Below, piece after piece: positions 1 to 11,700 of a stretch of 64,000 nucleotides of DNA (positions are counted from its first letter, which is position 1; each line of letters begins with the position of its first letter). Source of the stretch: Rikenella microfusus. GTDB lineage: Bacteria > Bacteroidota > Bacteroidia > Bacteroidales > VadinHA17. The stretch covers positions 33,334 through 97,333 of the forward strand of contig DZBJ01000008.1 of assembly GCA_022736275.1 (NCBI GenBank). The letters run 5' to 3'. A program made the position numbers and the translations under genes. The notes under the pieces were generated by a model that was not told the DNA's origin, ran no database searches, and saw only the letters and a list, made by a program, of their open reading frames with translations.

Positions 1-140
1 ACATAACTGGTGAGCCCGAGCTGCCTGATGTTGCGAAGTCTCTGGAACCATGAATGGCTAACCAGGTCATAGATAAGATCACCCGGGATACTTATAAATC
101 CGTACACCGGGTCGTTGATGATCTTTCTTTTATTAGTCAA
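1..140 (-). CDS. HD-domain phosphohydrolase (dNTP triphosphohydrolase-like), 5' part only; runs off the window start
   Basis: Manual minus-strand translation from TTG at 140: MTNKRKIINDPVYGFISIPGDLIYDLVSHSWFQRLRNIRQLGLTSYV, showing the typical DPVYG...FQRLRxIxQLG start. Not in the ORF track. Confidence 0.85.
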   Translation of the reverse strand, partial: MTNKRKIINDPVYGFISIPGDLIYDLVSHSWFQRLRNIRQLGLTSY

Positions 141-243
141 ATGGCGCTGATTTTATGCCCGCAAATTTATTCAATTGTTTGTAAAATTAGTTCAGAAAAG
201 CTTCAGATACAACGCTATTCTTATTTTTTACCCCTCTTCTTCT

Positions 244-274
244 TTTGATTATTGAAAAAATGATATTATCTTTG
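244..274 (+). promoter_or_regulatory. Bacteroidota primary-sigma promoter for rimP-nusA-infB
   Basis: TTTG (244-247), 19 bp spacer, TATCTTTG (267-274); matches the -33 TTTG / -7 TAnnTTTG consensus. Confidence 0.8.
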
Positions 275-301
275 CACCCGAATAGAAGGGTATGGACGGC
301 C

Positions 302-325
302 TAGGGGACAAAAGTCCCCTATTTT
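302..325 (+). promoter_or_regulatory. rimP-leader-like hairpin (possible attenuator)
   Basis: TAGGGGAC-AAAA-GTCCCCTA followed by TTTT in the 5' UTR of rimP. Confidence 0.6.
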
Positions 326-343
326 ATTATCAAAAAACAGACA

Positions 344-796
344 ATGATTACAAAGGATCATATCAGGAAACTTGCGGAGGGTCACATCACCGGCACCGGA
401 ATATTCCTCGTTGATGTAAGGCTCAGCAGCACCGGACGCATCACCATCCTCATTGACAGGCCTGAAGGGGTGAAAATTGAAGACTGTGCCGCAATGAGCA
501 GGTTCATTAGCGGTGAGCTCGGTGACGAAGGCGGCGATTATGAGCTCAATGTCTCATCCCCCGGCCTTGACATGCCCCTGCTCGTGCCGGAGCAGTTCCT
601 CAAGAACGAGGGAAGGATGGTTGATGTGGTGACCAATGAAGGAGACCGCGAAAAAGGTATCCTGATGAATGTCACCAGCGGAGGTTTTGATCTGAAGGTC
701 GACGTAAAACAGAAGAACAGGGAGATCGTCTCCGTGATCAGATCATATAATTTTGAGGACGTCAAGTCAGTTAAAGTAATTATATCATTCAAATAA
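344..796 (+). CDS. rimP: ribosome maturation factor RimP
   Basis: IEDCAAMSR and YELNVSSPG motifs; first gene of rimP-nusA-infB. Confidence 0.95.
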   Translation: MITKDHIRKLAEGHITGTGIFLVDVRLSSTGRITILIDRPEGVKIEDCAAMSRFISGELGDEGGDYELNVSSPGLDMPLLVPEQFLKNEGRMVDVVTNEGDREKGILMNVTSGGFDLKVDVKQKNREIVSVIRSYNFEDVKSVKVIISFK

Positions 797-813
797 CAGA
801 ACAGATTACCACA

Positions 814-2055
814 ATGGAAAATGTTAATCTAATAGACACTTTTTCAGAGTTCAAGGAGCTGAAGAATATTGACAGGCCCACCATGATGAGCGTGCTCGAG
901 GATGTATTCAGGGGTATGCTTGCCAAAAAATATGGTACGGCTGATAATTTTGACATCATTGTCAATATTGACAAGGGCGACTTTGAGATATGGCGTAACC
1001 GGGAAGTTGTTGAGGACGAAAACTTTACCGATCCCAACACCCAGATACCCCTCTCCGAGGCTCATAAGGTGGATGAAGATTATGAGGTTGGTGAAGAGGT
1101 ATCGGATGAGGTCAAGTTCCTCGATTTCGGGCGCAGGGCGATACTGGCTCTGAGGCAGAACCTCGTGGCACGCATCCTTGACCTCGAGAAAAACAATATC
1201 TATCTGAAATACAAGGACCGTATCGGAGATATCGTCACCGGAGAGGTATACCAGGTGTGGAAGCGCGAGACCCTCGTCCTTGACGATGACGGCAATGAGC
1301 TTATCCTGCCAAAACCGGAACAGATACCATCCGACCACTTCCGCAAGGGAGACACCATTCGCGCGGTGGTCATCAGGGTGGAGATGAAGAACAACACCCC
1401 CAACATTATCCTCAGCCGTACATCGCCGGTCTTCCTCGAGAGGCTCTTCGAGCTTGAGGTGCCTGAGATCTTCGACGGCCTCATCACAATCAGGAAGATC
1501 GTCAGGGTACCCGGAGAGAGAGCCAAGGTGGCGGTAGAGTCATATGATGAACGCATTGACCCCGTAGGCGCATGCGTGGGAATGAAGGGATCAAGGATCC
1601 ACGGCATCGTACGCGAGCTGCGCAATGAAAACATAGACGTCATCAACTACACATCGAACATACAGCTCTTTATCACCAGGGCTCTCAACCCGGCCAAGAT
1701 CACATCAATCAAGCTCATTGAAGCCGATAAAAAAGCTGAGATCTATCTCAAGCCCAGCGAGGTATCGCTTGCAATCGGCAAGGGCGGACTGAACATCAAG
1801 CTGGCGGGTCAGCTCACCGGTTATGACATCGAGGTCTATCGCGAGCCGGATAATGAGGATGAGGAAGATGTATCACTCGATGAATTCGCTGACGAGATCG
1901 AAGGATGGATCATCGATGAGCTTAAGACGATTGGATGTGACACCGCCAGGAGTGTGCTCCGGCTGACGATACATGACCTTGTGAAGAGGACGGATCTGGA
2001 GGAGGAGACGATCAAGGAGGTGGTCAACATACTCAGGTCGGAGTTTGACAAGTAA
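814..2055 (+). CDS. nusA: transcription termination/antitermination factor NusA
   Basis: S1/KH motifs (RVPGERAKVAV, DPVGACVGMKGSRI, AIGKGGLNIKLA). Confidence 0.98.
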   Translation: MENVNLIDTFSEFKELKNIDRPTMMSVLEDVFRGMLAKKYGTADNFDIIVNIDKGDFEIWRNREVVEDENFTDPNTQIPLSEAHKVDEDYEVGEEVSDEVKFLDFGRRAILALRQNLVARILDLEKNNIYLKYKDRIGDIVTGEVYQVWKRETLVLDDDGNELILPKPEQIPSDHFRKGDTIRAVVIRVEMKNNTPNIILSRTSPVFLERLFELEVPEIFDGLITIRKIVRVPGERAKVAVESYDERIDPVGACVGMKGSRIHGIVRELRNENIDVINYTSNIQLFITRALNPAKITSIKLIEADKKAEIYLKPSEVSLAIGKGGLNIKLAGQLTGYDIEVYREPDNEDEEDVSLDEFADEIEGWIIDELKTIGCDTARSVLRLTIHDLVKRTDLEEETIKEVVNILRSEFDK

Positions 2056-2118
2056 CAAACCGGTTTCCTGAAGGGGAGGAACGATATAAAACTGATCAAG
2101 AGGTTATCATAAAGGTAT

Positions 2119-5028
2119 ATGACTGAAGACATTAAAGCCATACGTTTGAGCAAGGCAGCCCGCGAATTCAATGTCGGGATCCAGACTATTGTCGATTTCC
2201 TTCACAGGAAGGGAATAGATATCAGTACTGATCCCAACTGCAAGATCCCGCCTGAGGCTTACGCGCTGATAGTTAAAGAATACAGTGGCGACCTCAGTGT
2301 CAAGAAGGATGCCGAGAAGCTTGCTCTCAAGGATAAGGTTACTCCAAAGAAGTCGCTTTCCATTGATGATATGGAGACAGGCAAGACAGGTGATACTGGC
2401 GAACCTGATGAGGATTTCCTTATTACCGATATCTCAGGTATAAAGAAGCATATCGACTTCCGCACTGAGACAAGAAAGCCAGAGGTGAAGGCCGCTGACA
2501 GGGTTGAGACTGCCGCACCAGCAAAGCCGGTGAAGAAGGAACCCGAATCGCTCGTTGAGAGGCCTGCTGCCCCCGAATCGAAAGCAGATGTCACATCTCC
2601 TGAGCAGTCAACTGAGCTGAAGCAGCCCAAGGTACTCCGCACAATCGATCTCACAACCCTTACCCGCAAGCCGGAAAAATCGACGAAAAAGCAGGAGACG
2701 AAAAAGAAAGAGACTGAAGCTGAGAAAACCAGGCCGGATACGGAAACGGTGACACCGCAACCCGTGGCACAGACACCTGTGACTCCTCCTGAACAGGAAG
2801 CTCCCGAAGCTCCGGTTGCTGCTCCCGAACCGAAGGAGACAGAGATATTCCGTCCAGGCTATGAGAAACTGGCAGGCCCGAAGATCGTGGACAAGATCGT
2901 TCTCGTACCGGAGGTAAAGAAAAGCAGGGATCAGGCTAACGAAGCGCGTCAGAAGCATGATGACAGGAAAAAGCGTGAACGGATAAAACCAAAACAGCGC
3001 GAAAAGGTTGCGGTGGATGCAACAGCCCCGGCGCCTGCAACAGATCAGAAGAAGGATAAGAAGGCTCCCCCGAGGACTGATCACCGCGGCGGAGACAGGA
3101 AGAAATCATTCCGGGCCCTGAGGCCTGAGGTTGACAGGGATGATGTTGACAAGAACATCAGGGATGTCAACCTGCTCATGAGCAAGAGCAAGTCGAAGGT
3201 GGCCAAGCACCGCCGCGACAAGAGAGATGCCGTCAGTCAGAGAATGAGGGATGAGACCGATAAGAAGGAACTCGAAAAGAGCATCCTCAAAGTCACGGAG
3301 TTCGTCTCTGTCAATGAGCTTGCAACAATGATGGACGTGCCGGTGATTGATATCATCTCGACATGTATGAGCCTTGGTCTTATAGTGTCAATCAACCAGA
3401 GGCTTGATGCCGAGACCATGGCCCTTGTTGCCGAAGAGTTCGGCTTCGGTGTTGAGTTTGTCAGCGCAGAGCTGCAGGAGGCCGTGAGGGAAGAGGAGGA
3501 TGATGACTCCAACCTCCAGATGCGTCCGCCCATTGTCACGGTCATGGGACACGTTGACCACGGAAAAACGAAACTCCTCGACCATATCCGCAACACAAAC
3601 GTCATTGCAGGTGAAGCCGGAGGGATAACCCAGCACATCGGTGCATACAGGGTGATGCTTGAAAATGAGAAGGTCATAACCTTTCTTGACACCCCGGGTC
3701 ACGAGGCATTTACAGCCATGCGTGCAAGAGGTGCTCAGATAACTGACATCGTCATCATTGTTGTGGCAGCTGATGACGGCGTCATGCCGCAGACACGCGA
3801 GGCAATCAACCACGCCCATGCCGCCGGAGTGCCAATAATATTTGCCATAAACAAAATTGACAAACCTACCGCCAATCCTGACAGGATACGCGAAGAGCTC
3901 GCCAGCATGAACTTCCTTGTGGAAGAATGGGGAGGGAAATATCAGTCGCAGGAGATATCGGCCAAGAGCGGGACCAACATCGATCTCCTTCTTGAAAAGA
4001 TCCTTCTTCAGGCTGAGATGCTCGAGCTGAAAGCCAATCCTGACAAACTTGCCCTTGGTACCATAATTGAATCGTCACTTGACAAGGGACGGGGCTTTGT
4101 GGCCACAGTGCTTGTCAAGGCAGGAACACTGAAGCTTGGTGATGTTGTTATTGCGGGCAGCTGCTACGGACATATCAAGGCCATGTACAATGAACGTAAC
4201 CAGAAGGTAACTGAGGCAGGCCCGTCAATACCGGTGCTTATCCTCGGCCTCAACGGAGCGCCGCAGGCAGGTGACAAGTTCAACGTCATGGAGTCAGACA
4301 AGGAGGCCAAGGAGATTGCCACCAAGCGGGCACAACTGCAGAGAGAGCAGGGACTGCGCACACAGAAGCATATCACCCTCGATGAGATCGGACGCCGCAT
4401 AGCCATTGGCAACTTCCAGGAACTCAATATCATTGTCAAGGGTGACGTTGACGGATCAGTTGAAGCTCTCAGTGACTCACTGATCAAGCTCTCAACCGAA
4501 GAGATACAGGTCAATATCATTCATAAGGCTGTAGGACAGATATCTGAATCTGACATCCTGCTCGCCGCAGCTTCCAATGCCGTAGTGGTGGGCTTCCAGG
4601 TGAGGCCGTCAGTCAGCGCACGTAAGCTTGCAGAGAAGGAGGGAATTGACATCCGGCTCTATTCAATCATCTACGATGCCATCGAGGAGATCAGGGCCGC
4701 CATGGAGGGGATGCTCTCACCGGAGATCAAGGAAGAGATTGTCGCCACCATCGAGGTGCGCGAGGTATTCAGGATCGGCAAGATCGGAACTGTTGCCGGT
4801 TGCTTCGTACGCGACGGCAAGATCAACCGTAACACAAAGATCAGGGTCATCCGCGATGGTATTGTTATCCACACCGGCGACCTGGGATCTTTGAAACGGT
4901 TCAAGGATGACGTCAGGGAGGTTACATCAGGTTATGAGTGCGGTCTGAACATCGACGGCTTCAATGACATCAATGTCGGAGACGTAATAGAGGGCTACCA
5001 GACCGTGCAGGCCAAGAGAACCCTTTAG
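2119..5028 (+). CDS. infB: translation initiation factor IF-2
   Basis: [24 protein letters not shown] and NKID GTPase motifs; C-terminal SLKRFKDDV. Confidence 0.98.
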   Translation: MTEDIKAIRLSKAAREFNVGIQTIVDFLHRKGIDISTDPNCKIPPEAYALIVKEYSGDLSVKKDAEKLALKDKVTPKKSLSIDDMETGKTGDTGEPDEDFLITDISGIKKHIDFRTETRKPEVKAADRVETAAPAKPVKKEPESLVERPAAPESKADVTSPEQSTELKQPKVLRTIDLTTLTRKPEKSTKKQETKKKETEAEKTRPDTETVTPQPVAQTPVTPPEQEAPEAPVAAPEPKETEIFRPGYEKLAGPKIVDKIVLVPEVKKSRDQANEARQKHDDRKKRERIKPKQREKVAVDATAPAPATDQKKDKKAPPRTDHRGGDRKKSFRALRPEVDRDDVDKNIRDVNLLMSKSKSKVAKHRRDKRDAVSQRMRDETDKKELEKSILKVTEFVSVNELATMMDVPVIDIISTCMSLGLIVSINQRLDAETMALVAEEFGFGVEFVSAELQEAVREEEDDDSNLQMRPPIVTVMGHVDHGKTKLLDHIRNTNVIAGEAGGITQHIGAYRVMLENEKVITFLDTPGHEAFTAMRARGAQITDIVIIVVAADDGVMPQTREAINHAHAAGVPIIFAINKIDKPTANPDRIREELASMNFLVEEWGGKYQSQEISAKSGTNIDLLLEKILLQAEMLELKANPDKLALGTIIESSLDKGRGFVATVLVKAGTLKLGDVVIAGSCYGHIKAMYNERNQKVTEAGPSIPVLILGLNGAPQAGDKFNVMESDKEAKEIATKRAQLQREQGLRTQKHITLDEIGRRIAIGNFQELNIIVKGDVDGSVEALSDSLIKLSTEEIQVNIIHKAVGQISESDILLAAASNAVVVGFQVRPSVSARKLAEKEGIDIRLYSIIYDAIEEIRAAMEGMLSPEIKEEIVATIEVREVFRIGKIGTVAGCFVRDGKINRNTKIRVIRDGIVIHTGDLGSLKRFKDDVREVTSGYECGLNIDGFNDINVGDVIEGYQTVQAKRTL

Positions 5029-5029
5029 A

Positions 5030-5183
5030 ATTGTCGATTGATGATGTGCACCTATGTCCGCCCACTGGCGGATTAACGATTTAAAGGATCTCCCAATCGC
5101 AAATTTGAGCCGGCGACGCAGGCGCAGGATCAATCCCGTATCCGCCGGCTGGCGGATCGGGACGCACATCGTCAATCGACAAT
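5030..5183. repeat. REP/MITE-like palindromic element with 20-bp terminal inverted repeats and internal hairpins
   Basis: ATTGTCGATTGATGATGTGC (5030-5049) vs GCACATCGTCAATCGACAAT (5164-5183), 1 mismatch; two internal TCCGCC-N4-GGCGGA hairpins; 5113-5164 recurs at 16104-16155. Confidence 0.75.
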
Positions 5184-5216
5184 AAAAAAAGCTGCTCGCG
5201 GGCAGCTTTTTTTATT
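5181..5216. terminator. bidirectional intrinsic terminator between infB and gcvH
   Basis: AATAAAAAAAGCTGCTCGCGGGCAGCTTTTTTTATT hairpin with A- and T-tracts. Confidence 0.85.
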
Positions 5217-5231
5217 TATTCTGATTGGTGC

Positions 5232-5612
5232 TTATGCTCCGATCAACTTCTTGTAAGCCTCAGCATCAAGAAGTGCATCAATCTCTGAGGGGTCATCAAT
5301 CTCCACCTTTATCATCCAGCCTTTGCCGTAGGGATCACTGTTGACAAGCTCAGCGGCTGTGTCAAGATCTTCATTCTTAGCGGTCACGGTGCCACTCAGG
5401 GGCATGAAAAGATCCGATACAGTCTTGACGGCTTCCACCGTTCCAAAGACCTCTCCATGACTCAGTTTCTCACCCACGGTTTCGATCTCTATGAATACTA
5501 TATCGCCAAGCTCATGCTGTGCGAAATCGGTAATGCCTACTACAGCTTCATTGCCTTTAACAAGAACCCACTCATGATCCTTGGTGTACTTCAGATTTGC
5601 GGGAACATTCAT
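5232..5612 (-). CDS. gcvH: glycine cleavage system H protein
   Basis: [22 protein letters not shown], lipoyl-Lys motif [16 protein letters not shown]. Confidence 0.97.
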   Translation of the reverse strand: MNVPANLKYTKDHEWVLVKGNEAVVGITDFAQHELGDIVFIEIETVGEKLSHGEVFGTVEAVKTVSDLFMPLSGTVTAKNEDLDTAAELVNSDPYGKGWMIKVEIDDPSEIDALLDAEAYKKLIGA

Positions 5613-5728
5613 CGCTTAATATTTTATTAGTTTGACTTTGATCTTCAGAAATCAAGTCTTCAAAAATACATCTTTTTTAGTTTTTAACCCCTGATTGCTG
5701 TTATTTTTAATGGGCGAAGAAAGGCCCG

Positions 5729-8700
5729 TCACTGGGCAAGTGTAAACCTGAGGCTGAAACCGAAGTTGGTGTTGGATGTAAGGAAGGTGTTGGCCACAAA
5801 GGGATCATTCATTGAATGGTCAGCGTAAATCTGCAGGTTGAACCTGTCACTCAGCAGATAATCGGCCGTGCCACGGATGGTAAATACCCGCTGTCCTGCC
5901 ACGGGCTGGTTCACCTCCTCTATCAGCTTGCGGGCCAGTGTTTTGTTATCTCTGATCGATAGGTCAAGCTTCAGGTTGAGATCGCTCTCAAGTGCACGCT
6001 GGCCGGTGCGCGACCTCAGGATGATGGCAACGTTGTCAAACCTGTATCCAGCACCAATGGTTATCTCTTCATTCCTTATGTCAGCCACCTGGTTGCTCGT
6101 CAGGTTCAGGGTCACCGTACGCGACCTCCGGTACTCGAACCTGGTGCTCAGTGAGTTCTTCCATCCGAGGTCAATATTAATAAACGGACTGAACTGCTCA
6201 TTGATCGTCACTGAATTGATCTCGTAAAGAGGAATGAAGTTCGAATTCAGGTCGCGTATGATGCTTATGCCCGACTCATCGGGATCATAGTAGAGGCTCG
6301 TGTTGAATGAACCGATGGTATATGTTGACCTGTACTGGTGAGAGAGACTAACCGAGTTGAATACCTTCCTCACTGCCTCAAATTTCGTCAGTCCTTCAAA
6401 ATTGATACGCCAGTTGGGCATCATTTGAAGCGCCGAAGGGAAGGGATCAAGCGATATCTTATCAGCATCCCTTTTTGTATATGCTGCCAGGAAGGAAGGC
6501 ACAAGAACCTCACTCGAGGTCAAGCCGTAGCCGCTGGTGTATGGACCTGTAATCTGCTCTCCGGTGACCGGATCATAGTCCGGATCATAGGTGTTGTCGA
6601 CCTGGCTGCGCTCGTCGCCCCGGCGCTGCGAAATGATGACCGTATTATCGCGGAACTGCTCGAAAGTCTGCGAGACATAGTCGCCGGACTTTGGTATCTT
6701 CTCAAAGGAGGTACCCCATGAGACGACTGATATTGTGAAAGAACCCGTGATGCGTGGATTCCTGAGGCTGTCAGGGAAGTTGCCGTTATAGTCGGCCCTG
6801 AGGTAAGACGACATCGTCTCCGAGTAACGCCGGTCGGAGGTGAGATCTATCCGCAGGCCCGGGAAGGGCTCTATATTGGCCCTCAGGTTTATCTGCTCGC
6901 GCTGGCTGTAGGAGGCGGCATTATTGAGAAGAGTGTCAGTGGTGATCCATCCGTTAATGACAGCCTCGTCAAAGAAACGCTCATCGGTGAGACCGAGGAG
7001 GAAACGCCATCCGGGCGCTGACATGCCATCGTAACTCTGCTGTCCCAGGAAAGAGGTTCCGGGAAGGTAGCCCGGCATAATGTGACCCTGCTCAAGCTGA
7101 TATGTCCCGGAGATGTTTCGCAGAGCCATCAGAGCACGTATCAGATAGCGTCCTGCAACATTTGCCATACCCGGCTTCTTCTCAACCCTCCCCCTGATGT
7201 CTATGCTGGCATTGGTAACGTCAGCATCAGCCGTGTAGTCTATCCTCATGTCGGATACCACGTCGTATTTCCCGGTAACAACCGTGCCGTCAGGTGCGGT
7301 GACAGTGACAGTGATATCCCTGGTCTTGAGGTTGTGGTTGATGATCCTGGGTTTGCCGGCCCTGAGGGGTATCCCTCTCCTGGAGTGGGTCACCTCCTCG
7401 TATCCCAGGCTCATGCGGCTCCGGGCACCGGGCTGGGTGGTGGCCTCTATCTCCTTCAGAAATTTGACCTTGCTGTAGATGTTGGTAAGGTTGGCCTGGA
7501 CGGTAAACTGCGCGTTGCTCGAATTCTTTATGGTGTTACCCGGGATGATATTCGCGGAATCAGCAAAAACGGTTCCGGCCAGCCAGTCATACCGTGCTGT
7601 GTAACGGGCATTGGAGGTCACCCATGAGAGCAGCGGCAGCTTGTTGACGGGTATATTGTAATTGAGATTCAGAAGGTGGTAGTAGTTCGTCGTTCGCCCG
7701 AAGTTCGAGAGGCTGGTCATTACCGAGTCACGCCACTGATCATAGATGTCGGGGTAACGCTCGCGATCAACCCCGCCCGCCGGTTCATCAATACGTGCTA
7801 TGGTACTGGCAGTGAAGTCCAGCTTCAGCTGCTTCGTGATGTCATACCTGATGTCGTAGAAGCGTGTCCAGATGAAATCTTTTGTGAAGTAAGGATCAAT
7901 GATAAAATTGGGATTGTTTATATTCCGGGTCTTCACCTCATTGTAATACCTGTAGAGGTCTGTTCTCACCGTAATATGCCTCGGGAAGAGATAGATATTG
8001 AAATCCTTGATCAGCCTGAATGCCGAAGAGTTGATGAGACCCGCCTTCTGGAACGGAGTGTAATTTTTCGGCATCGCATCAAAATCGTAAGCTATTCCGC
8101 CCCTGTATGTCTTCTCAACATCGATTTCCTTTTTGGTGTCTGAATTATGTAGCTCGTTGAAGGCATAGCTGACCGACAGGTTTGCCGGATCCCAGGCATG
8201 AGGCTTCTCTCCCCTGTTTGTAGTACCGGCGTTACTGACCGTCAGTGTACGGCGGCGTGTATATTGTTCTGCCAGGTTGAGAATCGAATCCCTCTCCGCT
8301 TTTGTCTCAGTCTGGTCAAGTGACTCATTAAGCTTGATGTCGGGGTTCAGGGGGTCGTACTGCGGCCTTATGCGGTTCTCGGAGTATCCCATGTATACCG
8401 GTATCCGCATTCCGGTCTTCTCGGGAAATAACTTGCCCAGCTCAAGGTTTGACGACAGGTCGTACTGTATGAGCTGAACCATACTGCGTTCATTGACCTT
8501 CTTGTCAATGCTCCCCCATCCCGGAGTGCTTGTCTGCCCTACCATGTTCAATGTACCAAGGTCGGCCAGCCGGGCCTGCATCTGGGCGTTGGCGGCCCAT
8601 CCGCCTTCCTCGCGGAAATCACTCAGGCGAAGCTCGTTGATCCACACTTCAGCTGACTTGGGAGCGCCGTCATCTCTCTGAGGATTACGTGTTCTGATGG

Positions 8701-11700
8701 GGTTCCTGACCCCGGCCATCACCACCCTGACATTGCTCATGTTGGGGTTTCCGCTGACAGAGATGCGGGCGTTACCAATAGTGATGGTAAATATGTCAGC
8801 CTCACTGAGGGTTGATCCGCTCTCCTTCATGGCTGCATCACGGGCCTGCTTTGCATCAAGGAGTTGTGACAGGTCAATATCCAGCTTGTTTTCTTCGGGC
8901 CAGACAATCTCTCTCTGCTCCTCGTTGTCATTGTTATATCTTCCGTAAGGTGTAAGCTTCAGGGGGATCTCATACTCATAGAAGTTGCCCTTGTAGTCTG
9001 ATCCGAGCCTTACAAAGACGGTGACTTCATCATCAAGCAGGGGCTCACCGATGAGGGCCTCGGCATGCACCTCCATCTTCAGCCTGCGGTACTGACGCAT
9101 GTCAAGGGTAACATTCTTGTACGTGGCCCTGGCGTCACCGTCAGCCAGGTTCCTGACGCGAAGCACCATCGACTGCTCATTGAGCTGTCTCAGCTGAGGA
9201 TTGGCGGGGTCAATGACGCGGTCGAAGCCCGGAGGCAGAACATAGTTCACCGGCTCCTTGCCGGCGTTCTCCTCTATACTCACCGAACTTATCTCGAAGG
9301 TGCCGTCATCCTCCTCAGGTATGGTGATGCGTTCACCGCCTTCGAAAAATGCTATGTTGTATTTGCGCCACTCAGACCTGACAAGCTCAAGACGGGCAAA
9401 ACGCATGATGACCTCCTCATCAAAGTCGCGCATGTACATCCTGAAGAATCTTATCGACTTGAAATCGCGTATTGAACCAACCACCTTCTCATAGTCAGTG
9501 ACAGGTATCTTGAACTGGTACCATTTGACCGGCGACTTCTGGCCGTTGGCAAAGGTGGCAGTGTACTCAACCTCGTCAACAATGAAATTCCTGCCCACAA
9601 CCAGGTCCTCCCGCCTCATGCTCACATGATACTGGTAATAGCTTTCTGTCTCACTGAGGGTGTTGTCGCGGTTGATATCCTCCATGTCAGGCAAGGTGGT
9701 TCCGCTGGTGGGATATGATTCGGTAGACATCTCAGAGGTGGGTGAGTTGCCGTCAGTGCCGTTGAACTTCTTGTACCGCTCCAGTATCCCCAGTTGAAGG
9801 AGATCGTAGTCAGATCCCCTGAAATAATGAAAGTCATCGTTCGAGGGATCGTCAAAGATCGAATCAAGAACCTCGGGGCTCACAACTGCGCCGACTGACA
9901 GAAGGTAGCTGTCAAAGAAAGATCTCTCATCATCGTTGCCCAGCCCGTCGAGTCCCACATCCTGATACCGGCGTGATTCTATGTTATTGTCAAATGCCTG
10001 CACAACAGCCTGTACCGTTGGCACACGTCCCCAGACCGTGGTATCAACATTCACCACCAGCGGTGAGACAGGCAGCCCGTTCTCAAACTGCTTGCGTGAG
10101 TCACGCAGGATATCCTCGGAGATATTGCCCAGGTTAAAGTAAAGATCACCTCCGTCATGACCGGTGCTCTCAGCGTAGGGGTCCATGACCCAGAACTTTA
10201 TGTACTGTATGTTTGCAGACTCAAAGTCGTTGGTGAGCAGTTCCCTCATCATTCCTCCCCACCGGGTCCGGGGTGAGTTCAGCAGTCCGTCAGCGCCTAT
10301 GCCTGCAGAGTAACCGTCAGGGATCACGTTGAAGTTGTAAGGACCCCTCTCTGACGGATAAAAGGCAACATTAAGGACGGAGATATTCGTAGGAATGCCG
10401 CTGGCCGACTCCTTGTACGGGAAGATCTCAGTTTCATATATCTCCCTGACATAGTGGCTTGACTGCAGGTCAGGATTAGCCTTGATATAATCAGGAGTGG
10501 TTGAGCCGTTACGAAGGAACAGCGGGTCGATAACATACCATGCCAGTCTGGCCCTGTTGAAGCCTGACCGTAAATCATTGTTCAGTTTTGCCTCCGGGAA
10601 AAGCATATCCTGCCCCAGCGGTACGCTCGAATGCGACCACGCATTGAATGCACGGAGGTCAAGTGATATCTCACTCGCTTCAAAATCGTCAATATAGACC
10701 GCCCCTTCTTTGGTAATGGCCTTGCTGTGGCCCGGTGCCAGATAGGCAAACTCGCCGAAGAAATCAACGGATGAAGGAGCATTGGTCTCAATCAGCGGCA
10801 GCCAGTCGATGGCATTGGTGAGAAACTTCGAGTCAGACCGGTATGATGCATCAAGCCCGTAAATAGTGTTTGAAATAGGATCCTCGCCGTAGGTGACCTT
10901 CTGGGTATAGGGCCTTTCTGTCAGCCGCAGCGCCGTACCTCCGAGGTTGAATTTGTCGGAGAACCTGTAGTTAAGATGTGTGCCTATCAGGCTCTTGGTC
11001 TGCAGCCCGAAGAACTGGTTGCTTTCCAGTGAGACCTGAACGGGTGTCTGTGACTCAATAAGGGCAGTGTTGATGATCTTTACCGAACCCATATTGTAGT
11101 CAACGGTGTAATCAACATTCTCGGTCAGTGTCACGCCCCCGGCCGTCACCTTGACAGAGCCGGCCGGAATATTGGCCACATTGAGCCTTATCTCCGACCC
11201 GGAAGCTGATGTAAACTGACCGCTGAGAACGTACTTGTTCTTCTCGGCCATCTGCCTCGCCGCTGTCTGCGTGGAGTCATACAGCTCCGTGAAAACGAAT
11301 TTCCTGATTTGTTCCGGATCGGTGATGTATTTCAGCAGGTGCCGCCCGAAAGGCTCCAGCACCGGAAATATTATCCGTCCCTTTTCTGCCATGACGGTTA
11401 TGCCGTCGACAAAGTCAAACAGCCCGTCGGGCTCCCTGTCAAGCTGTGAGTTGAGCTGGTCAAGTCCAAGTGCCTGAAGGAGCACCTGGCTTTCAAGTGG
11501 AGTACCCGGAAGGTAATTGAGTGAGTTGCCGGTCTTGTCATCCTGGTACAGGATATTGACTTCGAAATTCTTTGCCTCCAGTCTTCCTGACCCAAGGTTG
11601 TAGATGTTCTTCATCATCAGGCCCCAGGTAGGGAGCTGGGGACTCAGGTTGGTGCCCTTGATGAGCTTGAGGATGAGGGCGTCGGGGGCAGTGATACCGT

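Noticed and set aside
54-248. 64-aa plus-strand ORF
   Set aside because: Overlaps the real minus-strand HD-hydrolase start and the divergent promoter region.
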